Shown: positions 23,901 to 57,710 of the stretch, piece by piece
Numbering within the stretch: position 1 is the stretch's first letter
Layout of the letters: every line of letters begins with the position of its first letter
Origin: Orbicella franksi
Lineage: Eukaryota
DNA length: 64,000 bases
NCBI GenBank assembly: GCA_964199315.1
Contig: OZ116698.1
Span: 25,854,001-25,918,000 of the forward strand
Direction of reading: 5' to 3'
Notes under the pieces: model-generated
Told to the model about the DNA's origin: nothing
The model's database searches: none
Seen by the model: only the letters and a program-made list of their open reading frames with translations
Position numbers and translations under genes: made by a program

Positions 23901-26900
23901 CTACGAATGCACAAAAAGACAACACACTATTAGTTCCTTACAACAAAGAAACATCTTGCAAATAAACCTCTACTGTCTGTTTCCTGACTTACGGTCAGCA
24001 TGCATAGAACAGTCACCGTTGATAGCCCAGGACTAGCAGATTTTGCAAAAAGTGGCTGTTGTAGAAAGGTTGCCGTTAGTGGTTCGACTGTAGCTTTACA
24101 AATATATCAAGACATGTTTTGGTCAGGAGACAGACACAAGCAAATACATATGACACAGAACACACAGTGAGTGCTAGAGCTGTTCTATTAGGTAATTCTT
24201 CAGTGAATCCACTAAAGAGAAAAAGATCTCATGTCACAATGTATGGAGCACCATAAAGACTAAAAGATCAGCCACATCACTTTCTTTTTTAGCACTACAG
24301 TTACATGTACAGCCTGTGAATGCAGACGTATTTCCAGCTGCCACTTGGTAACGCTGAACCAAGTGACGGCCGGAAGAAATATGTCTTTGTTTGCAGGCTA
24401 GTACATGTAAGATTGGTAAGCACATAAGCACTAACTAGTCATTGATTTTGCATGCTAACAGTGGGCTTTGCTGCTGTATATTGACCTTCTAAAATTCAGG
24501 GTATGGCTTGTCTGCAAGCATTCACAGTATACCCAGAAAGTAGGCTGCCTTCCCTTCAGACAGACATGAACAAAAGCCCTGTGACATAGCACTTACATGA
24601 ACTATCACTTTCACTTCTCCATATGAAACATCACAGAAAGCCTCCCCATCTTCCAGAACTTTGATCATGTTTCTCCTCTCTTCCTGTTCACGCCTCAATG
24701 TTTCCAAAAACTCTTCAAGCGTGGCAGTAGCCAATTCATACTCTTCACAAAATTTCCCACCACCAGTGCGATCTAACAAGAACAGATGGAAAACATACAT
24801 TATTAAAGTTAAGTTTGTTTACAAATTATTAGTTTTAATTTGCGATACCAACAAAGCCATTTTAATAGTCCTGTGGTAATAGATAACACTTAATTAAGGC
24901 CCCTCCACACTGACGTATTTGCATTTGAAAATGCATACTCTTTGATGCATTTCTGCCTATCATCCACACTAAAATGCCCAAAAATACTGATGAAAATGGA
25001 GACTTTCAAAAACAGTTTTAAAAGTGGAGTCTTTGGAAAATGTATCATTTTGAAAACACTGTTTCTAGGGTAGACAGGTGATGAAAAAAGAGTCATATAC
25101 TGTTGCTTCCATCAACGTTTTCGGGGCTTTTAGTGTGGACAATCAGCAAAAATGCATCAAAATGTATGAGATTTCCAATAAAACTGCACTACTGTGAAAA
25201 CAAAATGAAAAAGCTGCTGTGGACAACAATGTTTTGCTTCATTTTGGTTGAGAAGAAAAATGATACTTTTAAAAATGCAACCCAAATTGAAGCCCAAGTA
25301 GTTGGTGGGAGACGTCAGTATTTAGGACAAAATGTCTTGCAATAGAAACAACCCAAGGACCTTGGCCAGCACTTGAACATATACTGCTCATTCTGGAATC
25401 CACATATATATGTGATAGCCATTATCTGGTAATGAGACAGAGGTTTCACAACTCCTTTTAGCTTCAATGTATCCCAAGGTGACCCCTTTTAACTTCTTCT
25501 TTTTTATTTTTTACTTTTTTACTTCTACAAATTTGTCTTGCACACAACTGGAGCCACGCCAGGAAGAACAAATAAACAATGAACTGGACAGGCATAAATG
25601 CAAGTAAATACAACTACATAATTCAACAAACCTTTTAACTGACGTACACTTTCCAAATCTGATGCATCGATCCTCAATGAATTCAGCTGAGATTCCTTAA
25701 GGGTTAGTTCCCCTTCAAAATCCCTCAAGGCTTTCAGTGCATCTATCAGTTTTGATGGCTAAAAAAACAGAAAACAGAAACTCGAGCCATTACTGTCTAG
25801 AATGTAAAAAAAACAAAACAAAGCATCTTTCTAATAGACTCAAGAAACAAAGAGTTCAGAAAACTTTTGAATTTTAAAAACGCCCTCCAGATCACTCTTG
25901 AAGATAAAGCAAAATTGTTGCATTATAACCACCTATAGGATAACACAGTAAGTCTTAAAGATATTAAAAATTACAACTGATGCATAGCAAATTATCTTAA
26001 GTTATTCTTATTTCAGTTTTTGATAATTGACCTGGATCACTGACATCTGGAAAAGTAACACTCAGCTGTTACTTATCTGTTACTCATCTGTTACTTCCAT
26101 ATTCAATTTAAAAATCCCTTCTAAATATATGCTATTGATTAAATTTAACAGGTACCCAGTTCTAACAGGATCTAAAAAATATACCTTAAAATCTGCTGGG
26201 GGTAACCTCTTTTGCTTGGCTGGTTTTACTTCCTTCTCCTTTTCTTTCTCCTTCTCTTTTTCAATGGGCTTTTCCTTTGGTTTCTTGATTATAACTGCGA
26301 CATCACCTGAGGCTATAACATATGAAAAACCAACATAAGTCTCACACAACACATGACTGACAGATAATTGCACTCAAACAGGTTTCCCTAACAAGTGTCT
26401 CTAATAATGATTTGTTCTATTTCATTGTGTGGCCAAACGACATGCTTCCTTTCCAACTCGTCATGATTTGATTAGTTTTATTCCAATTGTACATACACTA
26501 TTTAAATAGTTGTCTTGTCATTGGTCAAACTTCTCATTCCCACATTGACAGAACTAAAATATTTAATATGTCAAAACATCTTCTAGTATCCCTCAGGCTT
26601 GTAGTTTGAGATTATTCAAACCCAAAACAGAAGTCCAAACACTATAAACAGAAAACCTTTCCACAAAGTCACAAACCTGAAATAATCAAAATTCTTACTA
26701 ATCATGGGTTAGCTTAATCAGACTTTGAACAACCCAGCCCAGGTCACTACTACTACAATTATAAAGTTTGAGTCCTTCCTCATATCAGCAATACATAGCA
26801 ACAAGGTAACAATGTGGGCCAATACCGTAAAATGCCGAGAAAAAGCCCTGGGCTACTATTTTTGGAGGCTTGTTTTCCAGAAGATTTATTATGAAGTGTT

Positions 26901-28494
26901 GAGGGGATCTAATTATCGGAAGGAATTTTGCATCTCAAAAATGTTTGGGCAATAATAGGAAGGCCGGATGATGCATGTGAAAAATTAAAGTTGTGCACAA
27001 GAATACCACATAATAAAGCCCTCTAAGCATAGCAACATAAAACACAAAACAAGTTCTACAGTCATTCCAAAGGATCTTAGCATACTCTACACAGTAAGAA
27101 CATAAAATGTACACAATGTTTTCTTTACTGGAGGACAATACCAACAACGAGATGTTATAACTCTCTTAGAGATTTAAGGTGACTCCATTGGGTAATCACT
27201 GTATTGCACACCTTAGTGATGTTTTGAAAGCTACAGTGGAAACCCACATTATGGCCACCTTGTTAATACTATCGCCTTGTTATCACTGCCACTTTTTCAT
27301 GTCCCAGCGAAATGCCCATACAAATTCTTATAAGAAAACCCTGTTAATGCAGCCACCCTGTTAATAAGGCCAATGGCCACATTATAACATCCCAACCTGT
27401 ATAATCCTTTATAATTTTACCCTGTTTGCACGGCCACTCGATTCAGGTATGTTCATCTTTCCATCGTTAATATTTCATACACTGATTCAAGTTTCAGTTT
27501 TATTTAAATTATATCCACATTCCTGATGCTAAGTAAAAAACAGTTGTTTAGAGGTACAATATTATTATGATATATCTGTTAAGACAGATATATCAATTTT
27601 GACCAGTCACAAGGTTTGATCCTACCCTGTTAATACGTCCCATTAGCAATTGGTTGAGAATGAAAACTATGTAGCAGTCCTGGGACATCCAGAAAATGCC
27701 TTGAACTTCGATTGTTTATGAAACTGAAGATGATAAAAGGTTTTCGAGGCTTCTCCAAGAGAAATTCAACTTGAAATGATGTGTAGTGACAGGATTTTTC
27801 CAGATAAAGCACTAATTGTTTACTTTGTTAAAATTGTGCTGCTTTTCATGAGTTATGCGATTTTTTGTAAATTGTGTGATCAGATTCGATTTGAGGTTGA
27901 TTGTGTGAAATCATACCATCGTGTAATATCAGAAGGCCTGTTCATACATGTCTTTAAATTTTTTGGTCTTACAGAACCCCCCAAGCCCCAGGAAATTCCA
28001 ATCCCTTCTGTATGATAGTATGGATATTTCTGGAACTGCACAATTTTAAGGCAAAAAAGTAGGGGTTGTAGTAGCAGTTTCTTCATCATTTTCAAATTTA
28101 TGTCCTTTTCCTTTGCACAAAAACTAGTTGGACAGATCTTCAAAAAAAAAACAGTGCCAAGTAAAGTAAAATAGTCATAAACAGTCTGCTAAATTTTATG
28201 GATTTTCCCTGATGGAAACAAGATAAAACTCACTGTTGCTTTTGCATTTTGTGTTTATGTTGACATCATAACATAGCAGAAAACCCCAATGTTTTTTGTG
28301 TGGATTTTAAAGGTCATGTGTGGTATGTTCCTGTTACCCAGTTTACATACTTTTTACAAAACTATAGACTATAGGTAGCCACCTTTCAATCTTGATGAAA
28401 GTGGCTTATATTTAGGGGGACGGGGTGGGTAACAGGGTAACATGTTATTGCTACAATTTTTTTGTCTGTGATTTGAGAGAGTATTTTCCATGGG

Positions 28495-28525
<31 letters not shown>

Positions 28526-29345
28526 TCATGGGACTTGCTATCACAATTTTTAAGGTATGTTGAAGACAGTTTCAAGCCCAGTATGAGGCCAATAATTCAG
28601 GCAGGTCATTGGCTACTTCTGAGGTTGATAATAGTATGTGATTATTATTCCTTGTTGACACTGATATGCATATGAAAAGCTACCAATAAATTCAATCTAA
28701 CAAATCACCATACCAAGTTTACTGCGGAGCGCCTCAAGGTAATCCTTTTCAAATAACTTCCTCTCTTCCCAAATCTTGATGACTCTTTCCACGTTTCCTT
28801 TGATGGTTTTCTCGCTGAAAGCAAATTTAAGAACTCATTTGAGATACTGGTTGATCTTTCAAGGCACGTGAACTGGTCGGGCAGACAAACGATTGACACA
28901 AACCTGAGAAGCTGCATAGCATCTCGCAGGATTTTGGTAAAAGCATTGCTGAATTCCTTCCCTTTTTTACGGCTATTCTGAAGAACATCGTTCGCCAAGT
29001 AAAACAGGACCAGCCGTCGATCGGCCTTTGAAGCTGAAAAGACAAAAATGTTTTACAGTCGATCCAAAGGGCAGCTGGCCGGAGAATCCGAAATTTCATC
29101 AATCAGGTAGGTTTTAATTTTAAAACCCGACACCCGATCGACAATTTTGAAATTCGTTAGCTGGATTGAAGTAAACATCAAAGTTTAGCTCTACCTTTCT
29201 TAAGCTGGTCCAACCACACAACCACCATATCTTCAGCATGCTTTTTGTGATGAATCATCCACAGCGAAACTGTTTGCACACTGTCTTGTGCGGACGACAT
29301 ATTTTGCAGCTTGCGTTCAAACGCTTTCCGATTGAGGAGCGCCAT
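20964..29345 (-). CDS. RPRD2: RPRD2-like Pol II CTD-interacting (CID) protein; 7 exons, 1249 aa, long Pro/Ser-rich C-terminal exon
   Basis: Exons 29345-29195, 29033-28904, 28814-28714, 26312-26185, 25758-25632, 24772-24597, 23900-20964 (3750 nt, phases consistent). CID motifs QDSVQTVSLWMIHHKKHA, LFYLANDVLQNSRKK and VERVIKIWEERK; CREPT-like coiled coil ending VIVH|AYKTFGNR. The large low-complexity last exon ending KRPGPPPVPFPGPAKRPYY points to RPRD2 rather than RPRD1A/B. Confidence 0.9.
28495..28523. repeat. (ACT)n microsatellite
   Basis: About 9-10 perfect ACT units in RPRD2 intron 3. Confidence 0.9.
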
Positions 29346-29707
29346 GTTGCTCCTGCTCAAAATGCTTGCCTCTTTCGCATGCGCTCAAACGAAATCCACT
29401 GACAAAGTTACTCGCGAAGGGACCTTCCAAAGTAGAGTACAAAGAGCTGTGCAGCAAAGATGTACCTCGTCACCAGGATGTTCTCCGTCAAAGTGCATGA
29501 AACAAAAATCGAATTTCCGTCGGAGTCTATATAATTCTTGACCTTTCTTGGTATGGTTTGTTTGTTTTACAATTTCTAAATGTGCAAGGTTTTAGATCAG
29601 GTTTTAGTAGACTTCTTGGACGGAGACATGTCGTCAAAACGAGGCTTCCGCGCCTCACGTGAAACCGACATGACATCGACATGACTGGGACTGGATCGTA
29701 AACAAAG
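29346..29707. promoter_or_regulatory. Bidirectional promoter region shared by RPRD2 and GALT
   Basis: The divergent start codons (29345 on -, 29708 on +) are only 362 bp apart, and the region is CpG-rich relative to the flanking introns. TSS positions are not determined. Confidence 0.7.
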
Positions 29708-49494
<19,787 letters not shown>

Positions 49495-51479
49495 ACACAA
49501 GGGCAACTTAATTTAAAGTCTGTTGAAATGGCTTTCAGTTCCTGAATTGCAATCATGGTCAAACAATAGTTGCTCAAGCTATGTAGCTTGTTAATACTTA
49601 AAGGAATACAATGATATAATATAAACTAGCAGAGATAAAATATGTTTCAACATGGAAAGTAATGTTAATCAATACCAGTAATAATATATACATGTAGCCT
49701 GATAATGGATTAGATTGATTGTGAACTAAAAAATCAGTACACACTTTTCCTTCATTTTCGCAATGACTGACAATAGAGGGATTTGTACATAATATATCAA
49801 ACATGAGAAGTGTTTCATCGACTATCCAAACACCTCAAATTTCGTAAAAAATACTCCACTGCACGTCCTATCTTCAACTCTGTTCTCAGAGTTTGGATAT
49901 CCCAATGAAAGGCTCTCTCTCATGTTTGATATATTACATACAAAACCCTCTATTTCAATTGTTGCATAACCCGAGTATTATCTGTACCAAATGTATGTAC
50001 AAGGGAAGCTCATTTGCAAGCTTGGGCTACAACCATTCTCAGTGAAAAAATATAACCTTCAGCCTGCAGATTGATAACACCTACTTCTGCCTTGATTAGT
50101 CATTAAAAGCTAACTGTATGAGTGAATGATTAATTATTAAGGATTTACATCATGAGCGATATTTGGAAGACTCTCAAAATAGCCCTTTTCATGATTAGCT
50201 ATTTCTCATTTGCATTACAATGTAAATCGATGTGGATGCGAAGTAATTTGGGAGTGAAACTATAAAATTGCCTCATAAACATATTGGATTATATTGTAAT
50301 GCTAATGAAAAAAGTAAACAATGAAAAGGGCGTGAACCTTTGGGAAATAATTTTCAAGTATAACATGGTGCAAGTCTGCAATAAATAATTATATTACTGT
50401 TCAAGCTTTCAAATGATTTTCTATTTTATTTGTTTGACTGTTTTAACACATTAACACATGCATTTTTTTTTATTCTACAGAATAAATAAGTAACTGAAAA
50501 CAAGAATGCCACTTGAAGAATTGGTCCACAAACTAATGGTCACTGATCCAGCATATCCACCAAGGCATCATGACCTGATTGGCCACAAGCAACAGAGTTG
50601 CACTAGAACTCTGGACACAATTACACGTTATAGGGCAGGCTTTTTTTTTTCAATTAAATGATATAATTATATTATAGAGTTAGATTTTCAAAGCAAAGGG
50701 TTTGGTAGGATTCAATTAAAATTATCTTCAGGTTAATCTGAGGGACTGTGCTTAATTTGTCTGAAAAGGCTCTGTCCAAAAATGTAGCACATAGAAATGA
50801 CATTTAGGACACTTGTGAAAAAGAAAATGACTAAAAGAATAAAAACAGTTTGCAAGATTCTTAACCTTAAGGAAGAAGCAACAAGTTTATTACAATGAAT
50901 TATTTAAAAAAACAACAAAAAAATTAAATCATTTTATCGTCAAAATCACAGTTTTTAAAAATGATATTTTTCTGGAAAAAGCAAGCACATGCATTTTAAG
51001 ATTTTCTTAATAATTATTTAATGCTACAATTCATAATAATTAGTATTAATATTTTGTTTTCTACTTTGTGAGACATTGAGTAGAACTTCCCACTTCTAGG
51101 CACTTCTAATTAGTGCACATAGTAAAAACCAATTTGTTCAATCTGTACATTCAAGTCAAAGCAGGTTTGGGATCCTGTGGAAAGGCCACCTTTTCCTAGT
51201 TCCAAGGCCCTTTTGGCTGGACGAATATCAAGCCTACATCTTAACAGTACAGAGAAGTCAAGCCCTGCAACATCCATAAAGAAGATCAAGGCCTAGTTTT
51301 CTCCTAGTACTTGTAAATGGGGGATTTATTAGATTACTAGTTATTACTGATTTGTAAAGAAGCTGTAGAGGAGGGTCTATGTCTCACTTAATGATTCAAA
51401 GTAATTAGCCTTCTTGACTGTCTAAGTGGTGTAATTAGTTAATTAATATTTTATTAAATGATAGAAATAGCATCAACAG

Positions 51480-51595
51480 AAAACTCGGGGAAAAAATGGG
51501 AGTTCCAGAAGGGATTTGAACCCATGACCATACATGATCTAGCCAGATGCTCTAACCACTGAGCTACTGGAGACTCTATGGAGAGCAAGGGTGAA
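51480..51595 (-). mobile_element. tRNA-derived SINE head (not a functional tRNA)
   Basis: Minus strand: A box TAGCTCAGTGGTTAGAGC and B box GGGTTCAAATCCC; acceptor and anticodon stems do not pair cleanly. Confidence 0.7.
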
Positions 51596-52164
51596 ACATT
51601 TTATTCTATTTGATATTATTACTGAAGAAAATGTCTCCTGCATGCTCAACAAAATTCACATTCCCACAGACACACATGGGCATTGTGGACGAAATAATGA
51701 ATCCATCATTCCAAGCAGAGAATAAAACAAGAACTTTAAGGGTTAAGGTTGTTAATTTATTTCATGACATAGATACCACCACAAACAGGAAAGGCTACAC
51801 GGCACTACTTTCAAAAAATTCCGATCTCAAGGGGTGGAGTTCATGACTGACAGTAAAGCTAGTAAAGCTTTCCATGACTTTCTGATAACTGCACAAAGGT
51901 AGAGCTGTGCAAAGGAGTAACATGACATGCATACCACAGTATCCCACACTTGTGAAAACCAAGGGTAGCAGCTCTTACAGTCTTTGCACCCATGTATCAC
52001 ACTGCTCAATGTATCACAAATATAGTTTTACAAAAGAAAAAGGTTTTTCCAAGCTTTTTAAGCCAGGTAGGTTCTTGTACATCTTGCCATGGTTCAAAGG
52101 GTCTCTTATGTTACACAGTACAAAATATACATTGTGACAGAGGTCCAGCCCTTAGTCACATGTA

Positions 52165-55100
52165 TCACGTCTCTTCATTCCCCGAGTCTTCACTATAATC
52201 CATGCAGTCATCGTCATCATCGTCATCATCCACATCATCGGCATAGTCATCATCATAGAAATCTGTTAAGTCCTCAGGTTCAGATCGTGAGGGTCTAGAT
52301 TTTACACAGTATTCATCGACAGTTGTTGGTACTTTTATGTTTTCTTTTTCGGCCTCCAGTTTGGAACGTTGAACTTGTTTTCTGCAAATATTAAACCATT
52401 AAATTATTAAATACTGTGTGTCACCTCTTCAAAAAGTGCTCACTCTTGTAAGCAGGCAGCTCTACTAACCACCATTTGAACTCTGTATTTACTCATTCTC
52501 ATAAGCTGACATAATTTCCCATTCAAATCCGTTGAGGGCTTAGGATTTATACTTTTCCTTTGTTTTTACCAGTAAGCTTCCATAAGCAGACGCCTGAAAG
52601 GAATTGGGCCTAACTATGTATCACTGCTTTTTGTTGCAGTGAGACTGTTTATGTTGCTCGCAATTATGATTTTTTTTATCTTTTTAAATCAGTATGGAGC
52701 AGTCCTATTATTGTAGTCTACATACTAGTTGTGCAATGCATAATGCTAACTAGTGCGTTTGTTCTCAAGCCTCTGTTCTTGCTTATGTAGCATATGCTTG
52801 TGCTGAGGTATTTTTACACTTCAATTCCCAGTGGAAACCAATATCCAACTTACTTAACAACTTTTTCATAATCACTATCCTTTCCTTTACTCTCTCTCCA
52901 TTTTCTAAACATCACAGAGGCATCCACATTTGCAGGAGAAAATGTGTTTGGTTCATTTAACAAGGAAATGACACTCAACAGTATTGTTCTGTGAAGATAT
53001 AAATGTAACCTTTATTTTAACATTAGACTATTAGAATCTTCGTAAAAAAAGCAACTTACATTGTTTAACAATATATGTTTCTTTACCATACCCAATTCAC
53101 AATTAGCCAATCAGAAGCTGTGTCTACTGTCCTGATATCCTGTGACATCAAGTCACTGACCTTATATGGCTATGATGTCATGCTCACTTGGCCTGATAAG
53201 CCACAAAGCATGCCAAAAAGGTATGATTAGGTATATATAGCATGGAAGCCAAGCAAATATATTAATCAGATCAAGTGAAGAGAAAGACAAAATAACTTTC
53301 AAGGAGAGCCTGATTTAAAGTTACCGTATACCCTTAGAGGTGTCTCATGTCCAAGCGATGTAGTGCATCCGGTTTAAACTGTAGATACCTAACCCCATAT
53401 CGAATTAAAGCTTATAACACTGGCTATCAAACTATACCAAGAAGTCTGAAATAACATGAATTGTCAAAAGGGACCCAAAGGATGATTTGGATGCTCACAT
53501 TTAAAGGTCGTGAAAAATTCAACAATTCATTTTATGTTAAAGTTCCTGCTATTGTGTAATAGCCAGCTCTTTAAGCTTTAATTTGATATGGAGTTAGGTA
53601 TCTACAGTTTAAACCGGACGCACTACATTCTTTGGATGCAAGACACCTCAGTCTACAGGTGCACTGAAGGTAACGTATATGGTAAGTAAACCTTAACACT
53701 GTTTAAAATCACCTCAGTATACAAGCGAACTAATCTTTGATACTGGTCTGTACTGTACTTCTGAAATATAAACTTTTTAGTGCAGTTATACTTGCTTGCA
53801 GCTCCTGTTTCCAGATTCCAAATTTAAAACATTTTTCCTTGTACAATTTATTACTAGAATCAAGATTCACTTACACAAGTATTTTGTCAGAAAAATGGGC
53901 CTTTTTTAAAATCTAATTGCTCACTTTTGTAAACCATCGTCATTTTAAGCTTTGTACTTAATCAACATAATTTAGCACACCCAAATTAAATTTGGGATGG
54001 AGCTATACTATAACTAAAGATGAAAGTAAAGAAGTGACTATTAGCTGTGACTACTTTTGAATCTTAGAAGATAGTTAGAACTAAAATTAGTTTTACTACG
54101 ATCAAAACGAAGCTTCAACCAAGTCAAAAACAAGAACAATATCATCATACCATGCTTCACCCTAGCTTTTCCGCATTCTGGCAACACATATCTTGGAGCA
54201 AGAGCAAAAAATTGACGAGGCAGGGGATGGTGGGGCGAGCGAGGGAACGCTTGCCCGCAAACCCCTTGATTTTGAAAAACGCCCACTGGTTTTCACCATT
54301 GAGTTTATTTATTGAATGACAACTTGTCACCAAGCACTAAAATTATATTTTTGAGAGGTGCCAGAATAGCACTAACAATAAAATACCCCCAATTGTTCAG
54401 AAATAAGGAAAGAAATGCTTTCTGTTTGTTCATAGTGTAGAAAGATTTGACTGCAAGCTTTTTTATAGTGCTATCTACATACTCGTTTGGAGGGCAACAT
54501 CAAATTCAAATGTTCGGCTTAAGGCCAGCTTTTCCTATGGTTTAACTTCAACCATTCATTGGCTTGACGGTTATTTCATTCTCTTGCTGCTAGAAAATTA
54601 AAAATATTTAACCGTTGAATTATAGAACCAACCAGAAATCACAAGCCTTTCTTTGAAAATTGTCAGTGCGAGTAAATTCACTTTTGTAAGGAAAACAACA
54701 ACCAGTCACTGGCTTCTAAATTTCGGTCTGGCATTATCTGGGCACAAAAATCGACTCAGTAAAGCTAAGCGAGGTTGCAAAATAAGACTTTCAAAGATTG
54801 GTTCTCCTTCCCTGGTTCCTGTTTGATCTTCAAGCACGTTCGATCAATTGAAACAGCAGCTGGAAGATTTTAAAAGCTTTTGTCGAATCCAGCGGTAATA
54901 CAGCCACCAAGTCTTTACCCTCTAACAGATGGTGTCTTCTGAGTAAAATTGAATACCATTCACCTCAAGTCTAATAAATCTTCACTGAGGCTAGCACAAT
55001 TTCTCAAACCTTCCACCACAGCATTGTGCAAGTCACACTTGAGTTAATTCCTGAAAACGTTCAAGCGAATTGGATACACTTGTCAATCGTGATGACGATG

Positions 55101-57391
55101 CCACACCAATCAGGAACCCCATACTTGGGCAGACGGGTTTTCAAAATCAAGAGGTTTGCGGGCAAGCATTCTCCCACTCTCGCCCCACCACCCTCTGCTT
55201 CGTCAATTTTTTGCTTTCACTCCAATTTACACACAGCCAGAATGCGGAAGAACTCTTTGTATGGGAATGCTCGCTATGCTTCTGCTGTGTACAACAAGTG
55301 TCAATCTGATTATTAGTGGAATGTGAATTATTAATTGCTCCTGAATTTCCCCACAAATGAGGGGTTTGGTAAAAAAACCTAAGCTTCACAGAACACAACA
55401 TCAATTTTGGTTATTTCCTCTACCAGTGTCCTGTCTTCAATCAGAGAATTAATTCAGTTTTTTTCCTATTTCTTGCCATTGTAAGTGGATTTGTTTTAAA
55501 ACTGGTTAATGCTCTAAGCTGCATTAATTCACCAAGTTACATGCCAAGCACACACTGCTACAGTATTGACCACTTTATGCTTCACAGGAATCAAAGGTAA
55601 TCAGGGTTTAAATGATTTGGAATCCAGTGTTTAACGTCCAATGTCCAAATACAGTGTCCAATGTCCAGTGTCAAATAATATCCATAACACTGGCTCAGTA
55701 ATAAATTACATGCAAAAATCAAAGATATTTGACAGGATAAAAATTCAAATGGCCAAATTTGAAGGATGTTTATGAATGCAGTGGTTTATGTTTCCATTTT
55801 TCACATGTCTCTTTATCCATACTCATCAAGAACTACAATTTTGTTTCAATACATGAAAGCGTGAAGAAAAAAATCTGGAAAATACCACTGCATGGTCCTA
55901 CATCAAACATGTTCCCCCAATTACCAGTGACTACTGATTAAACACAATTTTTTTAAAGATAATTTTTAAATCTAAAGTTTTCTCACCCTTTGGAAACAAA
56001 TACAGTAGTAATTAAAGCTATGATTTATTTCCTAATAATTTTGTACTGCCTAGATCTAGTCAGTCACAAGGATTTCTGTTTTAGCATCCAAGGTTTACAA
56101 TACACAATTATCATGTTATTAATTGCAAGCAAATTTGGAAAGCATTAAAATATTTGTCACAGCCTATTAGAGGAATATCATTTTTGGCTCAGAACTTAAT
56201 TTTAGAGCGGTAGGTGCAACATTCTGTCAAACTGTACAATACACTACCGGCAACCTGCAGAATTAATAAAAATTCAGAACCGGTGTTTATTCAGAAACTT
56301 TAATGTTGATATACATATCTGCTCCTACGATCCAACTGAGATTGGTTTTATTTCAGTGATTTGTGATAGATACATCTTTAAGCTTATACTAAATGTACAA
56401 TCGCTAAGAAGAACTTGTGCGTAATTCATTGGGCTGAAAATGCAAACCAGAACGACCACAATACACGCAAAAACCTAACCACGTTTTGACAGTGTGACAA
56501 GAAAACATGCCGACAAATAAACACACCAGAGCATAGAATTATCATTCAAGCGTCCAAAATACAAAACCTTGACAGTCTCCCTTTGATAGACAAGCTGAAA
56601 AACACTTTCTGGCATAAAAGCAAGCAAAATAACATTCGAGATATCAAGAAGAAATCCAATATAAGTCGTATGCTTTAACGTATGTACATTTCTTGTACCA
56701 AAAATAATATGGCGTTTGGTTTGTGACGGTATTACAATCTAGTTGAAAGCTATTTCTGTATGTAACGGATACCTTCTTGAACACTAGAAAGCCTAAGTCT
56801 TTTTCAGTAAAAGAAAAACTGACTGGAAGGCTATTTTATACGTACCTGACATTTTGTGTCGGGTTCCATCGCTCGGAAGGTAATTCACCACTTTGCGGAT
56901 CGTCAACCGGTGGATGTAGAATTGAAATACACACATCACCGGACTAAAGAATCGAGAATAAATCATCAGCCGCTCAATAAAAATTACAAGAGTAAAATAC
57001 GTAGAAAAGAATTGCAACCGGCTTAAGATCTATCTTACCTCGTATATATTAGGATGCCACATTTTCGTGAGAAAGCGAAACGTTGGTGGTGAGTATGGGT
57101 AGCCAGGAGGGAAGGACATGTGTGCCTGTAGCGAAAATGAGGCATGTCAAAAAAAACTTAGCAACGCTTGCTTTCCAAAACAAGAAATTCTGCTCTGTTA
57201 GATTACAGACTTACCTTAAAGTAACCACCCTCGTAAAGAGTACCTGGAGGACCAAAAATCGCTACGTCCCATTCGAATAAGTTGCTCTCATCTGGCACAT
57301 TGACGACGAATCCTTCGACTGGTTCCTCGGTAAGTTTCTTTAGCTCCAGCTGTAACGCTCGCACAGCCGATGAAGGTGGTTGAGCGGCCAT
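52165..57391 (-). CDS. UBE2R2: Ubiquitin-conjugating enzyme E2 R (CDC34/UBE2R2 family); 5 exons, 237 aa
   Basis: Exons 57391-57215, 57125-57039, 56943-56846, 52988-52854, 52381-52165 (714 nt). KMWHPNIYE, catalytic GDVCISILH, the CDC34-specific acidic loop [29 protein letters not shown], and an acidic tail ending DSGNEET*. Confidence 0.96.
53337..53649. mobile_element. MITE with about 75-bp TIRs in UBE2R2 intron 3
   Basis: GAGGTGTCT...CCGGTTTAAACTGTAGATACCTAAC...AAAGCTT versus AAGCTTT...GTTAGGTATCTACAGTTTAAACCGG...AGACACCTC. Confidence 0.85.
54160..55290. mobile_element. Second inverted pair of the same dispersed repeat family as 42298-43685
   Basis: GCTTGCCCGCAAACCCCTTGATTTTGAAAA at about 54250-54280 and TTTTCAAAATCAAGAGGTTTGCGGGCAAGC at about 55138-55168. 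Confidence 0.6.
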
Positions 57392-57593
57392 TTACTTTAT
57401 ACTCTTCTTTTCAATGATCACGGCTTTTCGACTTGAATAAGCCTAAATTTCAACAATAAATAGGTAAACTTTTTCACATTGAGATCACCAACTCTTTCAC
57501 CAAAAGAAGTTTTGTTGTGTATTTACTAGTCCCAAGCTCTCACTCTCGATTATACGTCACAGAAAACGTCCAAATATGGTAAGGCAAATAAAT

Positions 57594-57618
57594 GACCGGA
57601 AGCTAACAAACCGGAAGT
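57594..57618. promoter_or_regulatory. Tandem ETS/GABP-type CCGGAAG motifs about 200 bp upstream of the UBE2R2 ATG
   Basis: ACCGGAAGC and ACCGGAAGT about 15 bp apart; this motif is typical of housekeeping promoters. Binding is not shown. Confidence 0.45.
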
Positions 57619-57710
57619 GTGTTAGAAATAATCAGCTGGAAAGAGCTAGAGATAGCCATGATACTCCTCGGTGAAAAGAAACTGTCATTACAGAATTTTT
57701 CTTTTCTAAT

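Noticed and set aside
26027-26338. Plus-strand ORF with an FSFSFS repeat
   Set aside because: Antisense reading of the EKEKEK segment in RPRD2 exon 4.
51495-51575. Possible tRNA gene (also 12531-12600)
   Set aside because: A and B boxes are present but the cloverleaf stems do not pair, and SINE-type body sequence adjoins them.
52089-52298. His-rich plus-strand ORF (HRHHRHH)
   Set aside because: Antisense reading of the poly-Asp tail of UBE2R2.
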